The notes: a model not told the origin generated them from the letters alone. Positions 1 through 10,557 are shown, counted from the stretch's first letter. The stretch: DNA of 64,000 nt from an uncultured Dehalococcoidia bacterium (GCA_937975645.1 CALJTV010000009.1:24850-88849), one strand, 5' to 3'. Program-made: numbers and translations.

Positions 1-528
1 CGTTTTCGGTCATGAACGACTCAGGGTGGAACTGTACGCCCTCTACGGGATATTCGTGGTGTCTGATGCCCATGATAGTGCCATCTGCCGTCCAGCAGGT
101 TACTTTGAGGCAATCGGGCAGTCCTTCGTTTGCCACCACAAGCGAGTGGTAACGTATAGCGGAGAAAGGGTTTGGCAGCCCCTTAAGTATACCCTGGTTG
201 TCGTGATATATCAGCGACGATTTCCCGTGCATAATCTCTTTTGCCCGCTGTATCGTGGCTCCAAATGTGTAGCCGATGCACTGATGACCCAAGCACACGC
301 CAAGTATGGGCAGCCTCGGAGAGAAGTGTCTGATAACCTCATTACAAATACCAGTGTTCAGTGGGGTCGACGGACCTGGTGATATGACTATAGCGTGTGG
401 TTTTATCTCTTCTATTTTTTCGAGGGTTATCCTGTCGTTGCGTTGTACTATTACCTTGGCACCAAGCTCGCTCAAGTACTGGTACAGGTTAAAAGTGAAG
501 CTATCGTAATTGTCAATTAGCAAAACCA
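1..528 (-). CDS. trpG: anthranilate synthase component II (class I glutamine amidotransferase), partial; the 3' end runs off the window edge
   Basis: Minus-strand translation starts [24 protein letters not shown] at 528 and contains the GATase active-site block [12 protein letters not shown]. It begins 7 nt after the trpE stop. There is no stop codon before position 1, so the CDS is truncated by the window. Confidence 0.85.
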
Positions 529-534
529 TTGTCC

Positions 535-1986
535 TCACCTGTCCCCTTCGAGGTACTCTGCACGATCGATTGCCTGAAGCAAGGCTTTTGCCTTATTCAG
601 TGTCTCAGCAAATTCGCGTTCGGGAATGCTGTCGTAGACTATTCCACAGCCTGCTTGTATGTGGGTTATTCCGTCTTTTACCACCATGCTCCTTATGGTG
701 ATAGCCATGTCCATGTTGCCTGAAAAAGAGAAATAGCCCACTGCGCCGGCATAAGGTCCCCTTTTGTCCGGTTCAAGCTCGGCTATTATCTCCATCGCCC
801 GGATCTTGGGTGCACCGGAGACGGTGCCGGCAGGAAAACAGGCTTCAAGGGCGTGGAAAGGTGTCAAGTCGTGCCTCAGTTTGCCCTGTACATGTGTAAC
901 TAGGTGCATCACATGCGAGTATCGTTCTACCTCCATGAGCCTGCTCACATTCACGGTTCCGGGTTCGCTGATCCGCCCGATGTCATTACGTCCTAGATCG
1001 ACTAACATGATATGCTCAGCTCTTTCTTTTTCGTCGTTCCGCAGCTCCTGTTCCAGGGCGATGTCTTCTGTAGGACTCTTGCCCCGGGGTCTTGTGCCAG
1101 CCAGCGGACGGGTCATCACTATGCCATCTTCCACCCGAACTAGTATTTCAGGGGATGCTCCCAAGAGATGGAAATCCTTAAAGTTCAAAAAGAACATGTA
1201 TGGGGAGGGGTTCAGGGTGCGCAGTGCACGGTAGATTTCAAAGGGCTCGGCACTGGTGGGTCTTGCCAGACGCTGGGAAAGCACAACCTGTATAGCTTCG
1301 CCGGAGGTTATATATTCTTTGGCTTTGACGACACGAGCCTCGAACTGATCTTTAGTGAGGTTTGAGGAAAAACAGCAGCCGTTTGTGCTATGGTGCCGCT
1401 TCGAGTGCGCTTTTGCGCGTGGGAGCGGCTGCTTTAGTCTGTTTACCATGGCTTCAATCTTTTCCACGGCTTCGTTGTACGATTTCTCTCGGTCGCCATC
1501 GAGTTTTACGTGGCTCAGTATTTTGATCTTGTGGGTGACGTGGTCAAAGACGAGTATGGTGTCAACAAATAAAAATATAGATTCAGGCAGCCCTAGGGGA
1601 TCGCTGGTGGGAGAAGGCAGCCTTTCGAAATGTGTTGCCACCTCATAGCCCAAGTAGCCGACAGCGCCACCGCAGAACCTGGGCAGCTCTGGGATTGGCA
1701 CCACTCTGTACCGGTTGAGCTCTGCAGCTAACAGTGGTAGCGGATTAAGGTTGTCCTCCTTTCTAGTGATGAGGACACGGTATGGGTCAGTGCCTATGAA
1801 GCTATATCTCGCCAGTCGTTCAGCCCCTTCGACACTCTCGAGAAGGAATGAGTAATTGCCGCGGTTAATCTTAAGATAGGCAGACACCGGCGTCTCCAAG
1901 TCAGCAACGATTTCGCGGCAAACTGGGATAAGGTTACCTCGGCTTGTATCAAGTTTCTTCAGTTCTTCAAGGGTTGGATAGTACAT
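535..1986 (-). CDS. trpE: anthranilate synthase component I
   Basis: 483-aa ORF with TrpE/chorismate-binding hallmarks ([10 protein letters not shown] ... [20 protein letters not shown]). A GGAGG RBS lies upstream of the ATG at 1986. It sits in a trpE-trpG operon arrangement. Confidence 0.92.
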   Translation of the reverse strand: MYYPTLEELKKLDTSRGNLIPVCREIVADLETPVSAYLKINRGNYSFLLESVEGAERLARYSFIGTDPYRVLITRKEDNLNPLPLLAAELNRYRVVPIPELPRFCGGAVGYLGYEVATHFERLPSPTSDPLGLPESIFLFVDTILVFDHVTHKIKILSHVKLDGDREKSYNEAVEKIEAMVNRLKQPLPRAKAHSKRHHSTNGCCFSSNLTKDQFEARVVKAKEYITSGEAIQVVLSQRLARPTSAEPFEIYRALRTLNPSPYMFFLNFKDFHLLGASPEILVRVEDGIVMTRPLAGTRPRGKSPTEDIALEQELRNDEKERAEHIMLVDLGRNDIGRISEPGTVNVSRLMEVERYSHVMHLVTHVQGKLRHDLTPFHALEACFPAGTVSGAPKIRAMEIIAELEPDKRGPYAGAVGYFSFSGNMDMAITIRSMVVKDGITHIQAGCGIVYDSIPEREFAETLNKAKALLQAIDRAEYLEGDR

Positions 1987-1989
1987 ATC

Positions 1990-2295
1990 CCTCCTTGTGG
2001 CAAATTAAAAACCTCTCGCTCCTAGGGGCGAGAGGTTTTACCTTCGCGGTGCCACCCTACTTAGCCATCTTTTAGTGGCTATCTCGTTTCAGGTACGGCT
2101 TGACTTCTCAAGCGATACCCTGGGCTTGGATAACGGTGCCCCTCCGTCAAAGCCTACTCGGTTCGACCCCTTTCGGTTTGCAGCTCCCGAGTCCATTCAG
2201 CCCCTGCGCCAGCACCGGCTCACACCTAACCCGGCTCTCTGAGCTTCGCTGGAGGCTTACTAGTCTCGTTCCCAGCTTTTGCCCTATTCTTTTGA
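1990..2295 (-). ncRNA. T-box riboswitch leader (tryptophan specifier) with intrinsic terminator/antiterminator upstream of trpEG
   Basis: On the minus strand there is a canonical T-box motif AGGGTGGCACCGCG (plus 2045-2058). Immediately 3' is a GC-rich hairpin AAAACCTCTCGC-loop-GCGAGAGGTTTT (plus 2008-2039) followed by UUUUUAAUUU and then the RBS and ATG of trpE. Upstream leader sequence contains AGAGA (S-turn-like) and a loop with UGG (GAAUGGACUC), consistent with a Trp specifier. Confidence 0.7.
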
Positions 2296-2300
2296 GTTCA

Positions 2301-2329
2301 AGTATAAACCCAACCTGCCAAGTTGTCAA
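2301..2329 (-). promoter_or_regulatory. sigma70-like promoter for the trp T-box leader (-35 TTGACA, 17-nt spacer, -10 TATACT)
   Basis: The minus strand reads TTGACAacttggcaggttgggttTATACT. It is placed right at the predicted 5' end of the T-box leader. Confidence 0.5.
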
Positions 2330-2362
2330 GTGTGTGTTGGCTCTTTGTTAATTTGATATGTC

Positions 2363-2392
2363 TTGTCAGTGGTTACGTTAGCTTGCTATAAT
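2363..2392 (+). promoter_or_regulatory. sigma70-like promoter for the tupABC leader (-35 TTGTCA, 18-nt spacer, -10 TATAAT)
   Basis: Sequence is TTGTCAgtggttacgttagcttgcTATAAT. It lies back-to-back (about 34 bp) with the divergent trp promoter. Confidence 0.5.
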
Positions 2393-2516
2393 GCAGATGC
2401 TCGAAGTTAAGGCTTTCCGAGCCTTTTGTCCTAAAGGTCAAAACCTAGGGACAGTGGCCGATAGGGTATCACTGGAAACGGTGGTACCTCCCGTGTTCGG
2501 AAAGGAGAGCTGGTTT
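2393..2516 (+). ncRNA. candidate molybdenum/tungsten cofactor (Moco/Wco-type) riboswitch in the tupA 5' leader
   Basis: A leader of about 120 nt lies between the promoter and the tupA start. It contains UCCGAGCC and a 3' GGAAAGGAG element overlapping the RBS, which I recall as conserved blocks of the Moco RNA motif. The downstream tungstate-transport genes are the classic context for the Wco variant. Assignment is from memory of the consensus and is not verified by a covariance model. Confidence 0.4.
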
Positions 2517-3374
2517 TTGAATATAAGACTCACCTGCTGTGTCCTGCTGGTCGTCCTGTTCCTTATTCTCTCAATAGCGGTTGGCTGTATTCCCACCAGA
2601 GACGATATAACCCAGCCTAAGCTGAAGGTAGCCAGCACCACGAGCCTGTGCGATTCTGGGCTTTGGGAATGGCTTGAGCCGCTTTTTGAGGCAAAATATA
2701 GGACTGATCTGCAGGTACTATGTGTTGGCACCGGCGTAGCCATGCGCTATGGAGAGAGAGGGGATGTGGATGCGATTGTTGTTCATGACCCAGAAAGGGA
2801 GGAGAAGTTTATTTCTCAGGGGTATGGGGCTGTGCGAATGCCGTTTGCCTGTAATAAGTTTCTCATTGTGGGACCTGAAGATGACCCGGCGCGTATAAGG
2901 GGGCTGAAGCCGGAAGAAGCGTTTGCTAGGTTAGCTGCGTATGGTGATGCTACTTTCGTCTCCCGTGGTGACGAGTCCGGCACACATGTCAGGGAGAAAG
3001 AAATATGGCGGATGGTGGGTATCAATCATGAGCAGATTACGAAGGAACAGTGGTATGTGGAAGTTGGGTCAGGTATGGGCTTAACTTTGCAACTAGCTGC
3101 CGAGAGAAGAGGCTACACGCTTACTGACAGGGCAACTTTTCTAACCTTTAGAAAAAAGCTGGACATTGTGCCTCTGGTTGAGGAGGGCGAGATCATGCTC
3201 AATGTTTATTCAATTATCGTCGTCAATCCTGAGAAATGCCCCGGGGTGAATTATCAAGCTGCAAAGCTGCTTTCAGACTTTTTGCTCTCTAAAGAGGTGC
3301 AAGCTGTGTTGACTGATTACGGGGTGCAAGCATATGGGGAGCGGCTGTTCCTTCCCTGCTGCGATTGTAATTAG
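2517..3374 (+). CDS. tupA: tungstate/molybdate ABC transporter substrate-binding lipoprotein (TupA/WtpA-like)
   Basis: Reading frame of ORF 2391..3374. Likely start is the TTG at 2517, placed 7 nt after the AAAGGAGAG RBS. The N-terminus is a signal peptide with lipobox (LSIAVGC). The PBP-type fold is indicated by conserved blocks (TTSLCDSGLWEWLEPLFE, GDVDAIVVHD). It is followed by permease and ATPase genes. Confidence 0.75.
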   Translation: MNIRLTCCVLLVVLFLILSIAVGCIPTRDDITQPKLKVASTTSLCDSGLWEWLEPLFEAKYRTDLQVLCVGTGVAMRYGERGDVDAIVVHDPEREEKFISQGYGAVRMPFACNKFLIVGPEDDPARIRGLKPEEAFARLAAYGDATFVSRGDESGTHVREKEIWRMVGINHEQITKEQWYVEVGSGMGLTLQLAAERRGYTLTDRATFLTFRKKLDIVPLVEEGEIMLNVYSIIVVNPEKCPGVNYQAAKLLSDFLLSKEVQAVLTDYGVQAYGERLFLPCCDCN

Positions 3375-3422
3375 GAATTTTCACGGTGCTACCCGGATCT
3401 AATTCAGTCGGCTGATAAAGCA

Positions 3423-4109
3423 ATGGAAGAACTAGGGCGTGGCTTCGTTAAGGCGGTAGAGCTCATCGTCTCCCTTGATGCGGAGGTAGTGGAGATAACT
3501 GTGAGGTCACTGATGATCTCAGCGACATCTTGTGGTATTGCTTGTGCCATCTGCTTTCCACTGGGGGGACTGGTGCATTTCAGTTCTTTTCCGGGAAAAA
3601 AGTTGTTCATGAGCTTGGTGCAGACCCTGTACAGTCTGCCTACAGTGCTAGTAGGGCTGTTTGTTTTTGTGCTGCTCTCACGCTCGGGACCGCTTGGTAG
3701 CTTGGGGCTGCTGTTCACTCCAGCAGCCATGGTAATAGGGCAGGTAATTTTTGTCAGTCCGATTGTGCTCGGACTGGCTGTGTCTGCTTTGAATGGCTTG
3801 GACATCGCTTTGTACGACGCAGCCGTGGGTCTTGGTGCCAGCAAGTTTCAGGCTGTTTTACAGGTGATGAGAGAAGCCCGCTATGGCCTGCTTACAGCGG
3901 CGGTGATGGGTTTCGGGAGAGCTATCTCCGAGGTAGGGCTATCATTGATGGTTGGTGGTAATATAAAGGGGTTCACACGTACATTGACCACTGCCATTTC
4001 CCTTGAGACCTCCAAGGGCAACATTGAGCTGTCGATAGCACTGGGAATAGTATTGCTAGTGTTAGCCCTGATGGTGAATCTAGTAACAGGTTGGTTGCAA
4101 CGCAGGTAA
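3423..4109 (+). CDS. tupB: ABC transporter permease (tungstate/molybdate TupB-like)
   Basis: 228-aa polytopic membrane protein with an ABC permease signature region. It lies between the binding-protein and ATPase genes. Confidence 0.8.
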   Translation: MEELGRGFVKAVELIVSLDAEVVEITVRSLMISATSCGIACAICFPLGGLVHFSSFPGKKLFMSLVQTLYSLPTVLVGLFVFVLLSRSGPLGSLGLLFTPAAMVIGQVIFVSPIVLGLAVSALNGLDIALYDAAVGLGASKFQAVLQVMREARYGLLTAAVMGFGRAISEVGLSLMVGGNIKGFTRTLTTAISLETSKGNIELSIALGIVLLVLALMVNLVTGWLQRR

Positions 4110-4110
4110 A

Positions 4111-5202
4111 ATGGCATTGATAGAGGCTATCAAGCTGGAAAAATATTATCAGGGCAGGCAGGTGCTGAGAGGCATAAGTCTACAAATCGATAAAGGGGAA
4201 GTTTTGGCTCTTATAGGTCCCCGTGGTGCTGGGAAAACCACGCTTCTCAGAATCCTAGGCCTCCTGGAGCTACCATCAAGGGGCGAGGTCTATTTTGATG
4301 GTGTCAATGTGACTTCATCTGGACGTTTAAGGCTCTGGGCAAGGCGTAGGATGTCCTTTGTGGCGCAAAAGCCGGTGGTGTTTTCAGGGAGCGTTCGGGA
4401 CAATGTTGCCTGTGGTCTCAAGTGGCGTGGCAGAAACTCAAAGTCGGCGGCGGACAGGATCGAGGCTGCCCTGGGACTGATAGGGATGTCCGAATATGCT
4501 GACCGGGACGCTAAAGCCCTTTCTGTAGGCGAGATGCAGATGATGGCTCTATCCCGGGCACTGGTCGGCGAGCCAGAGGTGCTGTTTTTGGACGAGCCTA
4601 CAGCTAGTCTTGATCCAGTGTCAGCAGCAAGGGTAGAGACGGTTCTAGAGCGGCTAATTAAACTGCGAAATATGACAGTTGTGATGACAACCCATGATAT
4701 GGGGCAAGGACAAAGACTGGCATGGCGCATTGGGGTGTTGATGGCTGGGGAGTTGCTTCAAACAGGTGAACCCCGTGAGATATTCTGCTCGCCGGCGACC
4801 AGAGAGGTGGCAGAGTTCGTCGGTGTGGAGAATATTCTAGCAGGCGAGGTGGTAAGCAAGAGCGATAGCCTGGCGGTGATAGACATTGGTGGAGCTAGGC
4901 TGGAGGCACTCACCGAATGTAGGTTGGGTGACTTGGTGTGGGTAACCATCAGACCAGAGGATGTCACTTTTGCCAGGGTAAGAGAGCAGACCAGTGCAAG
5001 AAATGTGTTTCGGGGTGTTGTAACCAAAGTGGCAGGTGTTGGTGCTCTATTGCGGATTGAGGTTGACTGTGGTTTTCCTTTATTGGGAGTGTTGACTAAG
5101 AAATCGGCTGAGGATATGGGCATTGAGCGAGGTGATGAGGTCTATGTCAGCTTCAAAGCTACTACTGTGCATGTGATCAGGCGCCAGCAGTTAAAGCTCT
5201 GA
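4111..5202 (+). CDS. tupC: ABC transporter ATP-binding protein with C-terminal TOBE/MOP oxyanion-binding domain (TupC/ModC-like)
   Basis: Contains Walker A (GPRGAGKTT), ABC signature (LSVGEMQMMALSRAL) and Walker B (LFLDEPTASLD). A C-terminal extension of about 120 aa is typical of molybdate/tungstate transporter ATPases. Confidence 0.8.
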   Translation: MALIEAIKLEKYYQGRQVLRGISLQIDKGEVLALIGPRGAGKTTLLRILGLLELPSRGEVYFDGVNVTSSGRLRLWARRRMSFVAQKPVVFSGSVRDNVACGLKWRGRNSKSAADRIEAALGLIGMSEYADRDAKALSVGEMQMMALSRALVGEPEVLFLDEPTASLDPVSAARVETVLERLIKLRNMTVVMTTHDMGQGQRLAWRIGVLMAGELLQTGEPREIFCSPATREVAEFVGVENILAGEVVSKSDSLAVIDIGGARLEALTECRLGDLVWVTIRPEDVTFARVREQTSARNVFRGVVTKVAGVGALLRIEVDCGFPLLGVLTKKSAEDMGIERGDEVYVSFKATTVHVIRRQQLKL

Positions 5203-5233
5203 GCGCTAAGACGTTTTTTACAAGGGGAGTTTT

Positions 5234-5896
5234 TCATGTTTTCCTGTGGTTTTGTAACTGCTGAAGGAGCCAGGAACACCAAGCTTCAATCCCATGGCCG
5301 GATTTACAGGACACCTCAAAAATAGTCACTCTGGGGTTCAGGCCAGTGACCTTTTTATGAAAGCCGGCGAGGTCGAATTCCTGTAATGGGAGGAGGTCAA
5401 TTTTGTTTATTACCACCGCATCAGCTAGAGAGAACATAATAGGGTACTTGGCTGGTTTGTCGTCGCCTTCAGCAATACTTGAGACCACTACTTTCCTGTG
5501 CTCGCCAAGGGAAAAACCCGCCGGACAGATCAAATTGCCCACGTTCTCGATAAATAGCAAATCAATAGTCTTCAACGGCAGCTTCTCCAGCGCATTGGTA
5601 ATCATATGGGCTTCTAGGGAGCAGCTACCACCAGTGTTTATCTGGACTACGGGGATCCCCTCTTTGCTGATTCTATCGGCATCTATTTTGGAGGCGATGT
5701 CGCCTTCGATAACAGCCAGCCGTAATTGGTGACGCAGGTGTGCTATCGTGCCCAGGAGGAGGCTGGTCTTACCGGCGCCCGGAGACGACATGAGGTTAAT
5801 GGCTAGGATATTGTATCTGTCAAGCAGTCCTCTGTTTTGGGCAGCTATAGCATCGTTGGCACTGGCAATATTTTTTAGTACTTTTATTCGTTTCAT
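5234..5896 (-). CDS. hypB: hydrogenase nickel incorporation GTPase HypB
   Basis: Contains MKRIKVLKNIASANDA...NLMSSPGAGKTSLL (P-loop) and the CPAGFSLGE metal-binding region. The start is taken at the internal MKRIKV (5896) so it does not overlap hypA. Confidence 0.9.
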   Translation of the reverse strand: MKRIKVLKNIASANDAIAAQNRGLLDRYNILAINLMSSPGAGKTSLLLGTIAHLRHQLRLAVIEGDIASKIDADRISKEGIPVVQINTGGSCSLEAHMITNALEKLPLKTIDLLFIENVGNLICPAGFSLGEHRKVVVSSIAEGDDKPAKYPIMFSLADAVVINKIDLLPLQEFDLAGFHKKVTGLNPRVTIFEVSCKSGHGIEAWCSWLLQQLQNHRKT

Positions 5897-5901
5897 CGCA
5901 T

Positions 5902-6243
5902 CTATTCGACCTCTATGCTTTCGATGAAGCAGCTCTGCCCATTTGTTATCTCCAGATTGGTGCTGCGGCAGCAAGGACATGCCCAGCTAGAGTCTTCAAG
6001 CTTGAAACTGGTCTGGCAATCACGACAGTGCAGCTCGGCAGGCACCGTCTCGAAATCGATGCTCGCATTTTGAGCGATGCTGTCTTTTTTCAAGAAGTCA
6101 AAGTAGAACTGTATGCACTCTCCGACGACCCCAGATAGTTCCCCTATGATGAGTCTAATTTTTGTTATCTGGCTTGCCTGTGCTGCCTTAGCTTCGTTTA
6201 TAGCGATATCAAGTATGTTTTGCGTTATGGCTAGTTCATGCAC
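5902..6243 (-). CDS. hypA: hydrogenase nickel insertion protein HypA
   Basis: 113 aa beginning MHELAITQNIL, with a CRDC...CPCC zinc-finger pair typical of HypA. It is immediately upstream of hypB. Confidence 0.9.
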   Translation of the reverse strand: MHELAITQNILDIAINEAKAAQASQITKIRLIIGELSGVVGECIQFYFDFLKKDSIAQNASIDFETVPAELHCRDCQTSFKLEDSSWACPCCRSTNLEITNGQSCFIESIEVE

Positions 6244-6470
6244 TGCTGTTTGAGGGCTCTATACAGTTTTCCAATCAACCCAGTGATTATAGACTTTTAC
6301 CTTACATATTTCAAAGTACACCCAAATTCCCATTATGGATCTATGCCTGTTGATGCTGTTCCTTAAGATAGAGTCTGTCTTTGTCTCTCCTCCTTGACAA
6401 AAGGCAAGCGAACGGCTAAATTCTGTTACCAACTGTTCTACTTGTGGTTAGTCTAAACTAAGAGGGGGTC

Positions 6471-7469
6471 ATGATAATTGCCGTTGATGCTGAAGGGGGT
6501 GACTATGCCCCTCGTGAAGTAGTGAGGGGTGCCATTGCGGCTGTACGGCAATATCCGATTGAGATAGTGCTTGTGGGCAAAAAGGCGATCCTTGAGATGC
6601 TTCTACGCCGTTATTCCAAGGTGTCCGGAATCTCTATTATTGATGCCAGAGAAGTTGTTCGGGACGACGAAGACCCGGTACAGGCTGTGCAGAGTAAGCC
6701 GGATTCTTCTGTAGTCATTGGTGCTAGACTGGTACACGATAGAGTTGTGGATGGCTTTGTTTCTGCGGGGAGCACAGGTGCTACAGTGGTTGCCTCCTTC
6801 CTCAGCTTGAAGATGATCCCGGGCATCCAGAGGATGGGTATCTGTGCTGTTGCTGACCTCAATCAGCCACAACCAACGCTTATCATCGATGTAGGGGTGA
6901 ATGTGAACTGCAAACCGATATTTCTGGTGCAATTTGCACAGCTTGCAAACATACTGGCAGAACATGTCCTAGAAATAAAGTCCCCAAGGGTGGGACTGTT
7001 AAATGTCGGTGAGGAGGAACTAAAAGGCAGTGCCCTAGCTCGAGAAGCGTACCAGATGTTGAAGAAAACTAATCTGAACTTTATCGGAAATGTGGAGGGG
7101 TTCGATGTACTACGGGGCAAAGCTGACATAATCGTCACCGATGGCTTCACCGGCAATGTGCTTATCAAGACTATAGAAGGATACTCCGAGGTTGTTCAGG
7201 AGCTGCTAGAGCTTGGTGAGCTGGCGGGGATCGATCGGTATTTGACGGGACCGGCGTTAGCACAATACGTACAGCTCACCTCTGTGGTTAGGAAACTGGA
7301 CTACAAACAATATGGTGGTGCCTGTTTACTAGGTCTGGAGGGTAACATCGTCATAGCCCATGGTCGCAGTCGCTCGACAGCTATCAGGAATGCAATCTAT
7401 CTGGCTTACTTGGCTGCAAAGCAAGGCATAGTAGAGGCTCTTAAGGCGAGTGCCTATGCCACGGAGTAG
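6471..7469 (+). CDS. plsX: phosphate acyltransferase PlsX
   Basis: Begins MIIAVDAEGGDYAP...GFVSAGSTGA, over the full PlsX length. A strong AAGAGGGGG RBS precedes the start. Confidence 0.9.
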   Translation: MIIAVDAEGGDYAPREVVRGAIAAVRQYPIEIVLVGKKAILEMLLRRYSKVSGISIIDAREVVRDDEDPVQAVQSKPDSSVVIGARLVHDRVVDGFVSAGSTGATVVASFLSLKMIPGIQRMGICAVADLNQPQPTLIIDVGVNVNCKPIFLVQFAQLANILAEHVLEIKSPRVGLLNVGEEELKGSALAREAYQMLKKTNLNFIGNVEGFDVLRGKADIIVTDGFTGNVLIKTIEGYSEVVQELLELGELAGIDRYLTGPALAQYVQLTSVVRKLDYKQYGGACLLGLEGNIVIAHGRSRSTAIRNAIYLAYLAAKQGIVEALKASAYATE

Positions 7470-7500
7470 ACGGTCTATTGCAAAGCTTCTGGATCTACTA

Positions 7501-10101
7501 TCACGTCGTGGTTACAACAGCCCTACTCTTGGTGAACAGTATCTTACCCTCTTTGGCATCGATTTCGATCTTATCGCCGTCCTTGAACTCCCCTTCGAGT
7601 ACCTTCATGGCTAAGGGATCGAGTATCAATCTCTGAATTGCCCGTCGAAGAGGTCGGGCACCATATGCAGGGTCATAGCCTTCTCTGATCAGAAGTTCCT
7701 TGGCAGTTTCGGAAAGCCTGATATCTATGTGACGGTTGGCGAGCCGCCTTCTAACATTTTCAAGTTGTAAGTCCACGATTTGTTTTATATGTTCGATGCT
7801 TAGGGGATGGAATATTATTATTTCGTCTATGCGGTTGAGGAACTCTGGACGGAACTGCGCCCTAAGCGCTTCTAAAGTTCGGCGCCGTATTTCGTTCTCT
7901 TGCCCCGGACCGAGGTCTACGATCCACTGGCTCCCCAGGTTGCTGGTCATTATCAGGACGGTGTTTTTGAAGTCCACAGTACGCCCGTGACCATCGGTTA
8001 GACGCCCGTCATCCAGTATTTGCAGCAGGACGTTGAACACATCGGGATGCGCCTTTTCTATTTCGTCCAGCAGTACCACGGTATAGGGGCGGCGTCTTAC
8101 TGCCTCGGTGAGTTGACCACCCTCTTCGTAGCCCACGTAACCCGGCGGAGCACCTATAAGCCGTGATACGGTATGTTTTTCCATATATTCTGACATGTCA
8201 AGACGAACCATGGCTCGTTCGTCGTCAAACAGAAATTCAGCCAATGCTCGTGCCAGTTCTGTTTTACCCACGCCGGTAGGTCCAAGGAAGATGAAGCTCC
8301 CTAGCGGGCGGTTCGGATCCTGAATGCCGGCGCGAGCACGTCGGATAACGTTGGCAACGGCTTTAACAGCCTCGTCCTGCCCTACAATGCGCTTATGTAG
8401 GCGTTCCTCCATGTGAACGAGCTTCTGAATTTCGCCTTCCAGCAATCGGCTTACCGGTATTCCTGTCCAGCGGCTGACCACCTCGGCGATGTCTTCTTCA
8501 TCTACCTCTTCTTTAAGCAAGCGCTGTCCCTTTCTGGTGGAAAGTATTTCCTCCTTTCTCTTCAGCTGTTTCTCCAGTTCCACTAGTGTACCATATTTAA
8601 GTTGAGCCGCCTTTTCAAAGTCTGCTGCGCGCTCTGATTTTTCTATCTCGTGCCTCACTTGTTCTAGGTGTTCTTTGAGCTGTTGTAGTTCATGGATGTC
8701 CTTTTTCTCCTCCTCCCACTGCATTCGTAGCCTGCGCTCCTCCTCTTTCAAGTTTGACAGCTCCTTTTCTAGGGCGTTCAGTCTTTCTTTTGAGACGGCA
8801 TCCTGTTCTTTTCTTAAGGCTTCCCTTTCTATCTCGAGCTGCATGATGCGGCGTGTAACTTCATCCAATTCTGCTGGCATACTGTCGATCTCAGTTCTCA
8901 ATTTGGCGGCAGCTTCGTCTACTAGGTCTATAGCCTTGTCCGGCAGGAAACGCTCGGAGATGTAACGGTTTGAGAGCACTGCTGCCGCTACCAGGGCTGA
9001 GTCCTTTATGCGCACCCCGTGATGTACTTCGTAGCGTTCTTTAAGACCACGGAGGATGGAGATGGTGTCCTCCACTGAAGGCTCGTTGACAATTATGGGC
9101 TGGAACCTCCTTTCTAAAGCGGCGTCCTTCTCTATATGCTTGCGGTACTCATCTAGGGTGGTGGCACCGATACAGTGTAGTTCACCACGAGCTAGCATAG
9201 GTTTCAGCATGTTTGAAGCATCTATCGCCCCTTCGGCAGCGCCGGCACCGACTACGGTGTGTAGTTCGTCGATGAACAGGATTATTTCGCCTTCTGATTG
9301 CTGGATTTCCTTAAGGACTGCCTTGAGTCTGTCTTCAAATTCGCCGCGGTACTTGGCTCCGGCTATCAGTGCACCCATATCCAGTGCCACGATGCGCTTG
9401 TTTTTCAGCCCTTCAGGAACATCGCCCCGGACTATACGCTGGGCTAATCCTTCGACGATGGCTGTCTTGCCAACGCCTGGCTCGCCGATAAGGACAGGGT
9501 TGTTCTTTGTCCTCCTGGACAGCACTTGGATCACCCGTCTGATTTCCTCGTCGCGACCTATTACTGGGTCCAGCTTACCCCGGCGGGCGATATCAGTGAG
9601 GTCGCGTCCGTACTTTTCCAACGCCTGGTATTTACCCTCAGGGTTAGGATCGGTCACTCTCTGACTGCCCCTTACGGAAGCCAGCACCTGGTAAACATTG
9701 TCCTTGGTCACGCCATGGACTTTGAGAATTCGTGCTGCGCTGGTATTTTCTGTTTCCAGGATAGCCAGCAATAGATGCTCTGTGCTGATATATTCGTCCT
9801 TAAATCTACTAGCCTCCTTTTCAGCCATATCCAGCACCTGCTTTAGGCGCGGTGATACGTAGACCTGCACTGGTCCATATGCCTTAGCTAAACGCCCCAA
9901 CTCACTTTCAAGCTGGCGTCTTATCGAACTTGTGTCAGCGCCTAGCTTTGACAGAATCTGTGGTACTATTCCACCTTCCTGTTCCACAAGGGTGCAAAGC
10001 AGATGCTCTGTATCGACCTGGGTGTGATTGTGCTCTTCGGCAAGCTTTTGGGCTGCCAGCAGAGCCTCCTGTGCCTTTTCAGTGAACTTGTTTATGTTCA
10101 T
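7501..10101 (-). CDS. clpB: ATP-dependent chaperone ClpB
   Basis: 866 aa with two AAA+ modules ([15 protein letters not shown]; [15 protein letters not shown]), a long coiled-coil middle domain and a Clp N-terminal domain. Confidence 0.95.
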   Translation of the reverse strand: MNINKFTEKAQEALLAAQKLAEEHNHTQVDTEHLLCTLVEQEGGIVPQILSKLGADTSSIRRQLESELGRLAKAYGPVQVYVSPRLKQVLDMAEKEASRFKDEYISTEHLLLAILETENTSAARILKVHGVTKDNVYQVLASVRGSQRVTDPNPEGKYQALEKYGRDLTDIARRGKLDPVIGRDEEIRRVIQVLSRRTKNNPVLIGEPGVGKTAIVEGLAQRIVRGDVPEGLKNKRIVALDMGALIAGAKYRGEFEDRLKAVLKEIQQSEGEIILFIDELHTVVGAGAAEGAIDASNMLKPMLARGELHCIGATTLDEYRKHIEKDAALERRFQPIIVNEPSVEDTISILRGLKERYEVHHGVRIKDSALVAAAVLSNRYISERFLPDKAIDLVDEAAAKLRTEIDSMPAELDEVTRRIMQLEIEREALRKEQDAVSKERLNALEKELSNLKEEERRLRMQWEEEKKDIHELQQLKEHLEQVRHEIEKSERAADFEKAAQLKYGTLVELEKQLKRKEEILSTRKGQRLLKEEVDEEDIAEVVSRWTGIPVSRLLEGEIQKLVHMEERLHKRIVGQDEAVKAVANVIRRARAGIQDPNRPLGSFIFLGPTGVGKTELARALAEFLFDDERAMVRLDMSEYMEKHTVSRLIGAPPGYVGYEEGGQLTEAVRRRPYTVVLLDEIEKAHPDVFNVLLQILDDGRLTDGHGRTVDFKNTVLIMTSNLGSQWIVDLGPGQENEIRRRTLEALRAQFRPEFLNRIDEIIIFHPLSIEHIKQIVDLQLENVRRRLANRHIDIRLSETAKELLIREGYDPAYGARPLRRAIQRLILDPLAMKVLEGEFKDGDKIEIDAKEGKILFTKSRAVVTTT

Positions 10102-10501
10102 TGCTTCTCCTTCCCTCTACGAGTTTGTTGCGAAAAGCCTTAGCTGGGGTACAGGTCTCCAGAATCTGGATGGTCTCGTCCAGGAAGCTGAAAACCTGTT
10201 GCTGGGGGCTATCCTCTGTGCTAATCATCGAGGCAAGCAGCTTTCTGAGCTCCACGAGCCTTTCCCTAATATCTAAGGCGAGGCGTAAGCCTGCCAAATT
10301 CAAGCCGCCCTCTTCAACCAGATGCTTTATCATCCTTAGGCGGGCTATGTCGTCATCAGAGTATAAGCGCAGTCCGTGTTGCCGAGCTGGCAACAATAGC
10401 CCAGCCTTTTCGTACTTGCGCAGCGTCTGCGGATGCATGCCCGTGAGCCTTGCAGCTATTCCCATTATGTACACACCATTACAGGGTTCCTTGACCTCCA
10501 T
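10079..10501 (-). CDS. hspR: MerR-family heat-shock repressor (HspR-like)
   Basis: MerR HTH ([26 protein letters not shown]) followed by a coiled region. It overlaps the clpB start by 23 nt, the classic hspR-clpB pairing. Confidence 0.8.
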   Translation of the reverse strand: MEVKEPCNGVYIMGIAARLTGMHPQTLRKYEKAGLLLPARQHGLRLYSDDDIARLRMIKHLVEEGGLNLAGLRLALDIRERLVELRKLLASMISTEDSPQQQVFSFLDETIQILETCTPAKAFRNKLVEGRRSNEHKQVH

Positions 10502-10557
10502 GTCAGTACCTCGATTATCGGGTTAGAACTTATTTCACAAATATTATAGCAACTGAT

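Noticed and set aside
2100-2351. Small ORFs 2100..2351 (+) and 2147..2329 (-) in the trpE upstream region.
   Set aside because: They lie within the T-box leader RNA, have no RBS, and their sequences have no protein-like character.
2391-2516. An ATG at 2391 would extend tupA upstream by 42 codons, as in the supplied ORF track.
   Set aside because: The upstream 126 nt begin immediately after the promoter -10 and overlap its last bases. They carry no signal-peptide-like coding sequence. They are better explained as a structured leader (candidate Moco/Wco riboswitch) ending in the RBS for a TTG start at 2517.
3404-5123. Antisense ORFs 3404..3844, 4290..4730 and 4758..5123 overlapping tupB/tupC.
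   Set aside because: They are fully embedded antisense to well-supported ABC transporter genes. Their composition is Ser/Thr/Pro-rich, typical of GC-frame artefacts, and they lack RBSs.
6603-7168. Antisense ORFs inside plsX (6603..6965, 6611..6862, 6863..7168).
   Set aside because: They overlap a highly conserved gene on the opposite strand and have no start context. They are spurious.
8675-10526. Plus-strand ORFs within clpB/hspR (8675..8965, 9056..9664, 9526..9774, 10101..10526).
   Set aside because: They are antisense to clpB/hspR and have low-complexity Ser-rich translations, with no independent support.
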